DNA of 64,000 bases, taken from NCBI GenBank assembly GCA_964016885.1, contig OZ024742.1, positions 60,450,001 to 60,514,000 on the forward strand, given 5' to 3'. Source of the DNA: Eledone cirrhosa. Taxonomy: Eukaryota. How positions within the stretch are numbered: position 1 is the stretch's first letter; every line of letters starts with the position of its first letter. The notes under the pieces were generated by a model that had not been told where the DNA came from, searched no databases, and was given only the letters and a program-made list of their open reading frames with translations. Position numbers and translations under genes: made by a program. Shown piece by piece: positions 39,883-53,559 of this stretch.

Positions 39883-39958
<76 letters not shown>

Positions 39959-40070
39959 ACGTATCTGGAACATATTCAACCAGTCATTTATACCTGGACA
40001 AATACATACACGCACAGACATACATACATATATATATATATATATGTGTGTGTGAATGTGTGAGTGTATG

Positions 40071-40144
<74 letters not shown>

Positions 40145-40889
40145 AGTATATGAGGAAGTAGGTATAAGAGTAGTGAGGAAAACTGACCAGCTGTTGCTTA
40201 CACATCGATTTGAAAATTTTTTTTTCCTACTGTCGCCTGTCTTAATATAATGCTGAAAACATTGACTGTTATCGGTAAAACCGTTTGTTGGTTTGCTTCA
40301 CATGTAATTCATCTGCGCATCAATCCTTCAGTCGTTGCTTAAATATATTAAATTAATTCACCCTCGCGCCAATATATCTACTTCAGGCGACAAATGGTGC
40401 TATCTCTTCTTAACAGACATCTTAATCTTGCCACGGACATTTTGTAAATCATGCTTGATGTTTGAGTTGCGTTAATTTTCATATAGTTGCTGACATGTCC
40501 TTGCATATTATTGATCTAGTAGAGTATTGATCTGTGTTAAATCAATCAATACTGTGATACATTTCCTTCGCTGATCGATTAATTTATAACAGTGTGCTGT
40601 ATGTTTTCTCAATGTTTTTGTATATTGTGTAAATCTCTTTAAAGACAGACAAATGATTATGTCCAAATGTAGAAACAATCCGGCAGCAAGTGAAAAGCGT
40701 ATGACAACTATTCTTACAACATCCCCCGCAGTTAATTACCATGTACATATGTTTGTGAAGACTTTAAACGTGTATTGAGCTTTTCTCACCTTACCAAAAG
40801 TAAAAGTAATAGTGGAATACTCCATTACATTCAAACATATATGTATATATATGTAAGTATGTAAGTGAATATATATATATATATACATT

Positions 40890-40950
<61 letters not shown>

Positions 40951-40952
<2 letters not shown>

Positions 40953-41100
40953 CAGAGAATTTATAATAAACGAAGCCAAATTTAACATGCTTGACTTACT
41001 TATTTTAAATTACTCCGGATCCGGAGTAAACAGACCAACCTGCGTACTTCGTCGAGTGCTCCAACCTGCATACTTAGGCGTCAGTAAACAACCAACACAT
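40951..41100 (+). mobile_element. pLTR tail of family X (also 63264-63425, and 11490-11585 on minus)
   Basis: AATAAACGAAGCCAAATTTAA...GTCGAGTGCTCC..CTGCATACT. Confidence 0.8.
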
Positions 41101-41469
41101 ATTTAAAAAAAAAAAAAAAAAAGAAATATATATATATATATAGGTAAAAGTATGACCCCGACGGAATAGCACAAGCCGTTTCGACGGCTATTTCTGGACT
41201 AAATTAGAATTTTTAGTCTGGTGAATAAATAGCCGAACTTGTCAGGGAGTACTTCCTTATATGGGAAGATTGTAGTTGTCAATTGGTTAACATTTGTTGT
41301 AAACACAAATAAGTCTATTATGGCATTTGGTGGGAGGTAGGGTTGGCTGAACTTGCCTGTAGAACAATAGGGGAGTGAGTGGAGCGGTCAACTGTTGAAA
41401 GTGATATGTATACAGCAGATTCTAAGGATAGTGTAAGAAGTGGAGGAGAGAGGTTATAGAATAGGTAAA

Positions 41470-42272
41470 TCGAATATATTTCACCTATTAATCCGTAAAT
41501 CACAGCAGTTAAATTCTTGGATGTTCACCAAAGGAGAAGAAGATAACCATCTGCGTTTACAAAGCAAATGCAAATCTGTGAATGACTCGAACCGCGTGTT
41601 GCATTTTTTAAAAAATACACACATTGCACAATGTCATCCCAGTGGCGTGAATAGGACCATCGACAGCCAGAAATAGCAGCCGACCCTATTGAACTGAATT
41701 AGTTCAACAATGAAGAGGCCCTATATATAAATTAAAATTAAGGGTTGTCATGTCTGAGAGACATGCGCCATATCCACTGTTGAATAGTCTGGGCTGCTAT
41801 TTCTGGCTGCCGATGGTCCTATTCACGCCACTGGGATGACGTTGTGCAATGTGTGTACTTTTTAAAAAATGCAACACGTGGTTCGAGTCATTCACAGATT
41901 TGCATTTGCTTTGTACACGCAGATGGTTATCTTCTCCTTTGGTGAACATCCAAGAATTTAACTGCTGTGATTTACGGATTAATAGGTGAAATATATTTCT
42001 TACTTAAAGAAATATATACAAAGGATATTAATCATTTTAAAAAGTATCCATATTTGAAGTTCTAGTTAAACTTTAATTAGTTACCTACTTAGCTATGTGT
42101 GCTTACATTCTTTACAAATTATTCCCTGTGATTGTTTCATATGTTTATTTTATATATATATATGTCAATATATTTCTAGTTGATATGTAATACTCGGATA
42201 TAATCTTTGAGCTTATTCTACACTGGATATGGTGCATGTCTCTCAGACATGACAACCCTTAATTTTAATTTT
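41470..42272. repeat. Nested inverted repeats in a TA-flanked element
   Basis: 41474-41681 vs 41792-41997, and 41730-41778 vs 42222-42270. Confidence 0.85.
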
Positions 42273-42274
42273 GG

Positions 42275-42341
<67 letters not shown>

Positions 42342-42427
42342 ATACTTACATACATTCTACTCTTTATATCAACTTTATGCCTTCATAAGACATCGGCTTT
42401 GCATACACGATAAATACACCCCCCCCC

Positions 42428-42498
<71 letters not shown>

Positions 42499-43199
42499 CA
42501 TTAGACTAATAAGAATGAATATTACAATTCCTGCAGCAATAATTCATACTGTGATAGGAAATTTAACCATTGGTTTAAACTCTTCCCTTATTTTACTGCG
42601 GCCTATAAAATAATATTGAGCTTTAACATTTTCTTTGCTTTTATATGGTGGTATTATCAACTCACTTAAACCTGGTTATATACATGTGATGTGTGTGTAT
42701 TATAATAAAAACACGCCCAACACAAATATCGAAATATGTTTGTGATTGTGTACTGATTAATATACAGCCTAACATTATAAATATAAATAAATATATATAT
42801 ATTTGTTGTTATACTTTGGCAGGGTCATGCTGTCAATAACAACACACGCACTTATTGGTTTGCATTTTAATTTATTACAAACTTCCGTTTGCTTTGTTTA
42901 TTAACCGGATGGTTGTTTATATGTTGTCAAAGCTCTTTCGTCACACGTTCTGTGACTTCCTCATTGACTGATTTCTTAATTTGTGTCTCCTTTGTTCTGT
43001 TCTATACCATCTTGTTTTTTGTTTTGTTTTGTGATATAGAACAAGCAACGAGGTGATTGTCTGTGTGTATCTATATGTTTATAGATAGCAGAAAAATAAA
43101 AAGAATAAAAAAAACTCAACAAACTAAAGCACTGCCAACAGTAACACACACATTTGACTCGAATCGAAAAATTATTACCTCCAACAATGCATGAATAGC

Positions 43200-43620
43200 A
43201 TCATCAATAACCAAAGAACAGCTGAGGATATAATGGACTATTGAGAAAATCAAACTCAATCCCAAAATATTCTTTTCATCTGCAATAATCACAAGGCCAC
43301 TGGCTCCACTGTTGTCCTTCTGATTGATGAAAATGACACACTCCTAGACAATGCTAAAACCATGGGTGATATAATGCAGAAAAAATACTACGCTGTTTTC
43401 AGCAATCCTGATATAGCTCAGCAGGGTTGTATCAGTTATGTTACTCCCCAACACACTATATCTGACATATAATATGGCACCCCTGATGTCTTAGCGGTAA
43501 AAATGAAATTAAACACAACTCATCAGTAGACCCTGCTACGTTCCCTGCTAGTATCCTGAGGGGTGTCGATACCAACTTGCATCTTCTCTAGCTAATCTGT
43601 GGAAGATCTCACCTGGTAGG
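43200..43620 (+). mobile_element. CR1/L2-like LINE ORF2 fragment
   Basis: IEKIKLNPKIFFS...YYAVFS...CRYQLASSLANLWKIS, typical of the CR1 tether before the RT domain. Confidence 0.65.
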
Positions 43621-44152
43621 ATGTGTTTTGGGATTCTCAGAACATTCAAATTGAGAAATCCTTCTTTTTTCTGCTTTTTTCCTGCTTTGGTTTCCTCACA
43701 CTAACGAAAGTATTATGAAAATTGAAGTAACTGTCACAAACAAAGATAGAGAGCATAACAGGCCTTGACTATTGGAGTTAAATAGAAAATCTGAAATCTA
43801 CTCTCGCCAACACCGCAGTAAGCGCTAAATTATCTGCATGTGGAAAGTATTCCATAAGCATTGCCAATTGATATTGGCATTATCTTCAAAACACACCCAT
43901 GTGTAGGGTTGGCTCTGTGCTATCCGCCCACAACAAATTCAGGTTTACCTCTCATAACTATATTATAGCATGATTATTTAACCTAATTTGGTTCCGCTCT
44001 CATAACGTGACACCAAAACACATAAAAACAAAAACAGATACCATAAAATTCAAAATGTCTTTGGATCCATTCCTCCAAGAAATCTTGAATAAAACCTTTA
44101 CTCCCAGATATGTCTCCAAAAATAATAACTGTCTCTTTCTCTCTTTCACACA

Positions 44153-44191
<39 letters not shown>

Positions 44192-44246
44192 TCTCTCTCT
44201 CTCTCTCACTCTCTCCTTCTCTCTCAATATATATATATATATGTAT

Positions 44247-44276
<30 letters not shown>

Positions 44277-44277
<1 letters not shown>

Positions 44278-44460
44278 ACCTTTTTGCCTGTACTTTTTGC
44301 TTATACCTCTACACTTTCAACCAGTGCTGCCTGTAATTGTGTTCTCTCAAGCATAATATGTTTTTAACTCCTGACTCTCCACATGATGTCTATGACACTA
44401 ACAACAATTATGTACCCTAAAGGTTCTGAATGACTAGGATTTTAGTCACATGTTTCGACA
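44277..44460 (+). repeat. Inverted copy of the adjacent pLTR segment 44572-44757
   Basis: Near-identical reverse complement, separated from the PLE by a short TA/CA tract. Confidence 0.9.
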
Positions 44461-45879
44461 TATATATATACACACACAAAGTGTTAAAACGATCAGATTT
44501 TAGTTTAGAACATTTATTTGCAGACAATTGTTTCTTCCAGAGGGAAGTCTGGTATCATTGGAGCATAGGGAATGTCGAAACATGTGACTAAAATCCTAGT
44601 CATTCAGAACCTTTAGGGTACATAATTGTTGTTAGTGTCATAGACATCATGTGGAGAGTCAGGAGTTAAAAATATGTTATGCTTGAGAGAACACAATTAC
44701 AGGCAGCACTGGTTGAAAGTGTAGAGGTATAAGTAAAAAGTACAGGAAAAAAGGTTATAAGCAAGGAAAGGTGGTGTACAATGCAGGAGTCAATACAGTC
44801 AATAAGGCATGTATGAGGAAAGAGTTATAATGCAGTTGAAATAAACATATTTTGTTTGGGGTGTTAAAGCAGTTTTAGAAATGTTTAACATAGCGTGCAA
44901 TTTGTTAGAGAAGGCATGTGGTGATAATGTAGGTATTTGTTATGAGAGATGTAATGCAAAGCACGTGATAGAATTGGATATGTGATTTTCACTAAAGTGA
45001 TTTTTGTGTTGTGGTTCGTATGTATGTGTATATGTTGGTTGTAACTCACAGCTATTAACCATGGGATTATTTTGAGTCGTTTATAGTTAATAGGTGTTTG
45101 TTAAATGTCAATTCCACCGAATTACAGGCTAGTTGTTATAGTGGGTATATTATCGTATGCATTTTGTTATCTACACATTATCATTTCTTGGGTTTGTATT
45201 ACTCGTTATTAGGTTGTTGGTAAACCGTTAGGTTGCTTAATTTTATGAGTTTACACAGGAACTGGTAAAGGGGGTTAATAACAAAGGGATGTAATTAAGG
45301 CTGTTGATACATTAAGGGTTGTTTTATTATTGTAGTAGTGGTGTAAATTAATCTGTATAGAGTATATAAAATATTATTGGTTATATAATTGTTATCTTTT
45401 AAATTTGTGTGGAGGAAGTTAAAAACATTTTTTTAAAAATTATTTTATTATAACTAGATAGTTTTTACATAGTTAGTATATGTATATATAATATAAGGTA
45501 TATATATATGTGTGTGTGAATGTATATATATATAAATATATATATATATACATATTGTGCAGAGAGAGTTGAATTTTTTTATGACAGGATAGTGAGTTGC
45601 ATAATATATACTGGAATAATTGGTGTTATATACACAGTTGCCTGCTATTTAGTTGGTGTTGTATATTGCGAGTATATTAGAGTGTCTATATTATTTAATT
45701 TTGTTAAATAATAAGGGGTTTATTGAGAGTATATAGGTTAGTGTGGTCTTTTAATTAAGGTGCAGTCCTATATTTATGAAGATCTAATTGGATAAATTAA
45801 AGGTGGTGGTCTAGTGTTATCTCCGACATTGGTTTTTATTTTTATTATTATTATTATTAGTTACTAGGTTTGAAGTAGT

Positions 45880-48593
45880 GGAAGGAGATTCTATGATAAT
45901 GTGGACACGTAGAAAAGATCTCCGATTTCCTATTTAGCAGGCTGAAATTAGAGTGAATAATATTTCTAGACTCGAGCATGCAAAGGTTACAAAATTTGTT
46001 AGGTGCTCTATATGAAGGGGCCTTATCTATCACTTCTCATTTTAAGGTGTATGGTATATTACTTGATTTTAATGAGTGTATGTATGTGGATAGTGAGGTT
46101 AAGTTGCTAAGTTTAAGGTTTCTGAACGAATTAAGGTGTGAATTATATCTGGTCTTAAAGCTATTCGATGTTGAGCCTATATATATTTTCTAGATGTGAT
46201 TAGCGGTTACAGTACCGGAGTAGATATGTCTTTAATAAGGCAGTTCACATTTAATGTCTTGTTCACATTTAATGTCTTGTTCACATTTAATGTCTTGTTA
46301 GGTCTACAATTACAATTGTTTTGGTAACTAGTATACTCGTTAAGGGGGTATGCATTTGGTTGTTCCTGTTTCTACTTCTAGTATTATGATTATGGTAAGT
46401 ATTATTATTATTGGTATTATTAGTATGACTTGCTGTATGGTCATGTACTGTGTTATTGTTCATGTTATTTCTATGCTGAACATTATTACTTTGGTGTAAT
46501 CTGAAGTACTTTTTAATCTTTCTATTGTTGGTGCTGGCTATATGGTCTGCTATGTTAGGTGTGGTGGAGTAGAAGATTTTAATGGTATTTTTGTTAAATA
46601 GGTTGTGGTTTGTATGGTTAGTTGGGAAGTTTTTGTCTAGAATAGAGAAGAAAGCTTTAGGTATGTTTGTTGAGACATTTAAGTTGAACGGAGGATTAAA
46701 AAATGTGTTACTTCTTCTATTCATCTTATGGTTGTTATTCATACTACTGTTTAGTGTGGTGTTAGGTACCTTCTTATCTATATTTTTCTTTCTGTGGTTT
46801 TTCTTAGGATTATTGCTGTGGTGTGATTTAACATGTTGATGCCCTCTGTATAGCAGTCGGGGTTTTCAATACTATGATCATATTTAATTTTATTCATGGC
46901 CACGTTGTGTGAAATTATATTAGGTTGTCTATGGGTGGTTGACGATTTAGGTTTAAATTTAATTTTATCTCTATGGCCGGAACGAGCTAAGGCTTCATTA
47001 TAGTATTGGGACGTTGGAAAGGCGGTGGATTGGCAGTATCGGTAGAGGGTCGGACGCCATGCTTTGGCGCATAGAGTTACGGTCCTTGCCATTCTGAGTT
47101 AAAATTCCGCCGAGGTTTACTTTGCCTTTCAGCCTTACGGGGTCGATAAAATAAAGTACCAGTAATGCACTGGGTAATTACTGGCCTTGTGCCAAAAGTA
47201 GAATCAATTATAGTATTGGGAGTTACGGTTAAACGTATTCTCGTTGTTAAGAAAGACTAGGGATTCTGTTAGATACCCTTTAATGATTGAGGTCAATACA
47301 GATTTAAGGTGGTTAGAGTTGGTATTAACATAGAAAATGTTTTCATTAGGTTTATGATAAGGTGTATATTTTTTAGAGTCGAAGTAGAGAGTAACGTCCA
47401 GGAAGTTAACGTTTTTGGTGTTTTTATCTAAAGTGATACCTAAGTTGTAGTTTTTAAATATTTTATGTAATTGTTTTCTAGTTCTTTTAATATTGAATCT
47501 TTTAAAGTCTAAGAGGAAAAATGCATCGTCTCGATAGAGACCACTGTTAAGGTAAGGTAGGTCCTTATGTACTTCGTTTAAGAGAAATAGACCAACTAAA
47601 TCGGTTACCTGTGCCGAGTCGTTAGATCCCTTGGTGATATAGTAGTTGTTGGGTGTATTCTTGCGGTTCTATAGTTGGTCTTCAAATTTAATTATTGTTT
47701 TCCTGGTCGCAAGGATTATATCTACCTGGGATCTAGTGAGTTCACTATTGTTCATGGCCATTATTAATGCTTTATTTAAAAGGATAGGTGAAATAGAGGT
47801 GTAGTAGGAGTTTATATCGAATTGGATGAATTTCTTATTATTATTTTCATTTATACAATTGAACCATTCGATTACTTCACTAGTGTTTCCCCAGAGGTTA
47901 AAATGGATTTTTTGTTTAATTTGGGGGATTATTTATCTAAAAATTATACTAATAATACCAATGTCGGATCTGGATGGGCAAATAAGTCTAATTGATGGGT
48001 TAGTATTGAAGTCATCCTTATGGTCTTTCAGAGAGAATCGTGGGGGATTAGGGTTGTTCGGTTGAGTATATCTCTCTAATCCTAATTTACATATTAAACT
48101 ACGGGCTTCAATATTTATGTCATCCAGGTTTTTATGAGATTTATTTTTGTAGTTCCTATAAAGTTATTTATATATAAATTCTCTATATGTATCGTAATCT
48201 AGGCTATATATGTTTTTAGTTTTATCAGCTAGTACTAAGATATTCCTATTTTTATTACAATTTTTTTATGGTGGAATTTAGGTTATTTAGGAAGTTGTTC
48301 TTCTTATTGTAGTATTTCCTGTATTTAATATTTTTAACAAGTGACGCAAGGTCGTTTTCAAATGAGTCCAGTAAGATATTGTGTGGAGGGCTTTTATATG
48401 TTTTGAAGCCGTATGTTTCAAACGAAGGTGAATCTTGTTCTTTCACAGCGCGGTTCCTATCATAGTGGAAAGCTCTCCATCTAACTATTTTAATAAAAGA
48501 GTTGACACTATTAATCTGTAGTTTTTCATATGTATCCTTAGATGGGATAGGTATGTTCTTTAAAGATAAAGGAAGATAATCTTTGATCAACAT
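45880..48593 (-). pseudogene. PLE RT plus GIY-YIG ORF, disrupted
   Basis: SLKNIPIP, RWRAF, ADKTKNIY, IRLICP, FDINSYY, LYRDD, VNFLDV, FFNPPFN, YIGSTSNSFKTRYNSH, CNLC. Confidence 0.9.
47012..47206 (+). mobile_element. Octopod tRNA SINE inserted in the PLE ORF
   Basis: 15-bp TSD ATTATAGTATTGGGA (46997-47011 and 47207-47221). Confidence 0.92.
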
Positions 48594-48621
48594 ACCGGTA
48601 ATTTCATATATGTCAGCTCTA

Positions 48622-48717
48622 CTAGAAGGAGCAGAATTAGTAATAAGAATATTTATATTTATATATGTTTAATACAACTATAAATATGGAGGGTAGTACT
48701 AAGTACTAGCCGGTTAC
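48622..48717 (-). other. Candidate PLE 5' spliceosomal intron (96 nt)
   Basis: CCG|GTAACC donor, TACTAAT branch point at 48636-48642, TTCTAG| acceptor just upstream of the ORF. PLEs are known to retain 5' introns. Confidence 0.6.
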
Positions 48718-49084
48718 CGGTATGACAAAAGGCTCAATGCAAATGTTCAAGTGTTTTACAGAGCCGAGATACAAAGTGTTAAAACGATCAAATTTTAGTT
48801 TAGAACATTTATTTGCTGACAATTGTTTCTTCCAGAGGGAAGTCTGAATTCGAAACATGTGACTAAAATCCTAGTAATTCAGAACATTTAGAGTACATAA
48901 TTGTTGTTAGTGTCATAAGCATCATATGAGAGTCAGGAGTTAAAAAGATGTTATGCTTGAGAGAACACAATTACAGGCAGCACTGGTTGAAAGTGTAAGA
49001 GGTATAAGCCGGTACGGCTAATACTTAGTACTACCCTCCATATGTATAGTTGTATTAAACATATACAAATATAAATATTCTTAT

Positions 49085-49141
<57 letters not shown>

Positions 49142-49211
49142 AAATGCCCTCATTCTTGACGTGACCATATCATATTATTTTCAATGAGAAAACGTACCTG
49201 TGATATAAACA

Positions 49212-49400
49212 TGCAAATATTTGAGCATTCAACAGACACGTGTTACCTTAATATAGTTCTCAGCGAGATTCAGTAGGGTACAACATGTGTTAAGTCTGAC
49301 CAATTGTATAACCGGTATAACTCATTTTTCCAGCTGAGGGCATTTGAGCAACGTGAAACAAAATATCTTGCTCAAGGGCACAACAAGCCACTCACCAATC
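49212..49400 (-). mobile_element. Old CORE-type SINE fragment
   Basis: Minus strand GTTGTGCCCTTGAGCAAGATATTTTGTTTCACGTTGCTC. Confidence 0.65.
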
Positions 49401-52400
49401 AATTGTGAGAGGAACCCTAACCTAATGTTTTATCTTTTCAGCGCTAAACCTAGAGTGTTCCTAGTTATAACTGGCTACCATCCCAATAGTTACGCGAAAT
49501 AAAATCAACTCTGCATATTTAATCTTCACAATAGATTTTACTTCCGACCTGAATAGACTTCCATTCCTTATAATATTTAGTTCTCCATTAGTTCAATGTG
49601 TAATATGTCCGACTGCTTATTATTCCGTTCGGTCATTATCTCTGAAATCTCTATCATAGACTAACACCTCGAAGACTAAGCTTAATAATCACTATCTCTG
49701 CCGGTTTAAGGTGATAATAACTGCTTTCTTTGATCTGATTGAGAAAGCTTAATTTAGCTTATCTCTTTAGAAGAATTATATACGTCAGAATTCAAAAGAA
49801 TACGAAATGAACCCAATACGATTTTCTTTCAGCATTCTTCTTAACATTATCTGCTTAATCTAATTACAAATGAAAACTATTTTGTTTTCAGTTAAGATGG
49901 TTAATCTCTGTTTTGTCGTATATTAAACTCAAATTTAGACACAATGTGAATGGTATTACCTTTTATCTTAAACAGAAATAACTATTCATACAACATGAAA
50001 CCAACATATACATATTAATGTATCAATGCTACTATATTATTTATGTTATAAATGTGAAAATCTATGGTCGTATATGCATCAGTCATATGGTACTATTCAT
50101 TTCTGTTTTAAGCACCGCAGAGATTTTGCCACTTAAACCGGATAGAGAATATACTTAAATACATACATATATCTTTACTATATATGTAACCACACATACA
50201 TGCATAGATATAATCCTATACACTTACATTCATGGAATATAACGGAGAAAATATTTCGCATGACATCAGAATGATTTAGGAAGAAAATAGTAAGGCGATA
50301 CAAGATTTAAAACCTTAAGCTCCAAATTGCATCAGTGAAACACAGCTGAAAAACTAAAACATAAATCTATGATATATAAACGGCAAATATTGAATGGATT
50401 ATTTGATAGACATCCCAAATCAATCTATCTTAGCTGCGACGTGAACGACTGATACTCTGTAAAAGACACCCTTACGGAGGATCAGGTTGTGGGAGATCTG
50501 TACGGAAATAAATACTGGAAAACCCTTCTCAGAAAGTATTACAAATGTTTTCGGAAAGATCACAAACGGCTAAATAGAGAAAGTATTAAGGTCACACGAG
50601 AACTCTCCCAATGTATATCAACTGTTATTAATATAGAAAATGACCAGGCCACCCAAGTTTTAAATCACAGCCCAATAGTGTGCCAGTACATCATGCACAA
50701 ACAATACCCTGTGCCTCAATTTGTTCTTACAGAATCATTGAGCCACTAAACATATCATAATATTTAAGCAAGCTGAGAAAAAGAGCCTGTTTAGTGAAGC
50801 TATCAATTAACAAAATGATAAAAATAAATGAAGAATCACGGGAAGTTGACTATAGTGTGAGGGGATTACTAAAAGACATTTTATAGTGCATCACATTGGT
50901 AGAGTATCGGCGATTAGAATTACAAGTACAACACATTTTCCAGTTGATTTCACTGAAGCAAAATATATTGTTTTGCTGAATGTTTTTATATGACGTAAGT
51001 AAACGTAATCGTAACCTAACGATCGTGAACGGAAACTCCTCTACATTAAACCACGCTCTTAGTGAGTATTGTTTTGGACTATCAATCTTAAGCTCGTAAA
51101 TCCATTTTCGGAGAGTTCCATACTCGAAAGGACATAGCCAAATAACTGGCAAAAATGAATTGCGGTGACACTGGTGCCAAGTTGTACTATTTTCGACCTT
51201 TCCATTCAACAACATCGGTGGCGTATACAGGAGAGACAGACATGCGTAAAGGATTGCTTTTCGTTTCTAAGTAATTTGCACAGGCATGCGCCTGGATATA
51301 CACTTTCCATGAGTATCCAATCGTGCTTCGTGACCAACGAAAACGTTAACAAGTATCTGAATATTTCAAGAGCGCAAATTTTTAATTCTTTTAAGCAAAT
51401 TTTTAAGACAATTGTAATTGATATTTTCAAAAGTTGGCTATAATAAATACCATTCTCTTTTAATTTATGGTTGTTATGTACAGCAACATTCGTATGAAAG
51501 TAAGTAGATAGCACTCACTTAAATATTAAATGAACTACTGATATGTGCAAAGTAAGTAATATAGTATTTTCTTTCAACCAGTGTATTTATGGGGGTTTCT
51601 AGTGTCGAAATATCACTGCACAACACAGTAATAAACTTACAGTTAATTCAAAATGGCCGTAATTTTAACTTCTCGGCAAAGACTACCGTTGTAATAGCAA
51701 CGAGAATAATAAAAATATATATAAATTATTTAATGGAATCTTGACGTATTTTGCGTATATGATTTCATTTTACTAATTGTGATATAAAATGGAAACGGAA
51801 TAAGAGAAGAAAACTCATAAATATTAGAGGACAGACCATAAAAATAAGGCAAATAGTTTACTGCATTCCACTGTAAAACTATTTGTTGAAATCAAAGTAA
51901 TGTAATCAAACGTAAGAAACTTTGAAATATACTTAATGTAATAGTAGAACATGGTAATCTTTAATATATAAAAAAAAAACGATGAATATTGGTTTGTTGG
52001 TCTGATGTCACGTTTGACAACATAGAATGAGGCGAGAAAGAGAGAGCGAAAGAATATACATATGAGCGGTGAGGTAGGTAATCAATGGAGATATTGATAA
52101 GAAAAGAGCGCATTATTTGTCTCGAGTGCACATTCACATATGTTTTTAAGCACATACGCACACACGCCTAGATGTATTTGTTATTTGCTAAGCATAAATA
52201 CGAAATTTACTTTTCCTCTTGACGAAAATGACATATATCTATATGTACTTCTTTTTCTTAATTTTCTTTTCTTTCTCTCAAATCGCAACTTTCTTTGATG
52301 CTATATAATTACATTCATATTCAGTAAGCGCTAAGCAAATTTTTTATTTTAATGGATGTTAGCTAAAATTAAGCTCTCCAACGTAGGTTTCTTTTACACT

Positions 52401-53559
52401 ACAAAATAGTTGAACAGGTTGGGCATATTACACTGTGAGAAGCGGAAAAAATTGACAATGTTAACTGTAGGAATCGAACTCACACCTATGTCTTTAATAT
52501 TAAACATTAAAGACAAATTCGTTGTTGAACTATTTGTGTTTATTTCAATAGGTAAGTAAATACATATTAGAAGAATGCTACTGCGTTGTAATTCTACATA
52601 ACACAAAATCCTCATGAATGTACTAGCATCGCTTCGCAAGCTTTCAGTCTTCATTGAAACGAAATCGTTTCTTCATTAATGTATCCTTAAAATTATATAT
52701 CTAGTCGTCAAATTATTCACTCAACTATTTTTTATAGAATTTATGTATTCACCTACTCGATATAAAGTTAGTGACACGAACAGTAAGCTACGTGTTCGGA
52801 AGGAAATTAAGAATTAGAATATGTATATCTCTCGAATTGGTTTCAGAATTCTATAAATCTAAACGCTTGAAGTAGGAACTACATATTCTTGAAACTTTTA
52901 AGTGGTTTATTAACCGCTATGAGGGTCAGATCAAAATTAGTAATATTATAATGGGACTGTCACTTAAACATTGTATATTTCAGATTCTGCTAAATTACAC
53001 AATCATCAGGTTTCAGGACAGAAATATGTTTCAATTTTCCTGTACGTAACGAGGAGGTTTTACTTCATAAATAAAACGTTGTAATCTATGCAACCCTATT
53101 GCATATCTTCCCGGTACTTTACAAACTAAATGAATGTAGCTATGAGTACTTGTATTAACAACATACAAGAATACATTTCAAATGGATACAACGATATACA
53201 GAATGTAAAACTAACGCCTGCGTATTTTAAACACTTCAATTCCTAATTATAATGTGCAAGTTTCAGAGTAATAACGTCAAATTAATAAGTTATACTTAAG
53301 GAGTAAATGTGATTTATTCAATACAATACGCCGTATATCATAAATCACAAACTTTTTGTAGTATGAAAAACAGCATATTCTCTCATTACACATATTGTTA
53401 ACAGAAATGTAGAAGTTGATATATATGCAAGAGCATTGAAAGACATGCTTTATATTAGTAGGTAAACCACAAAGTCCATGCATGCATCACAATGGACCAC
53501 CAAATACATATTTCGTTTTTAATTTCATCATGTATCAAAATGGGACATAATAAAACTCG

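Larger units (their letters stand above)
44478..49089 (-). mobile_element. Near full-length PLE (CNCR-type lineage) with both pLTRs and a 5' inverted tail
   Basis: Direct pLTRs 44478-44735 and 48771-49007. 49009-49089 inverts 48639-48720. Hammerhead-like variants at ~44520-44610 and ~48823-48886. Confidence 0.92.

Noticed and set aside
45880-48593. Naiad-type selenoprotein PLE
   Set aside because: GIY-YIG is C-terminal, stops look like decay, and I could not identify a SECIS.
50489-51514. 86-121 aa ORFs as a host gene
   Set aside because: No recognisable domain, weak splice signals and in-frame stops.
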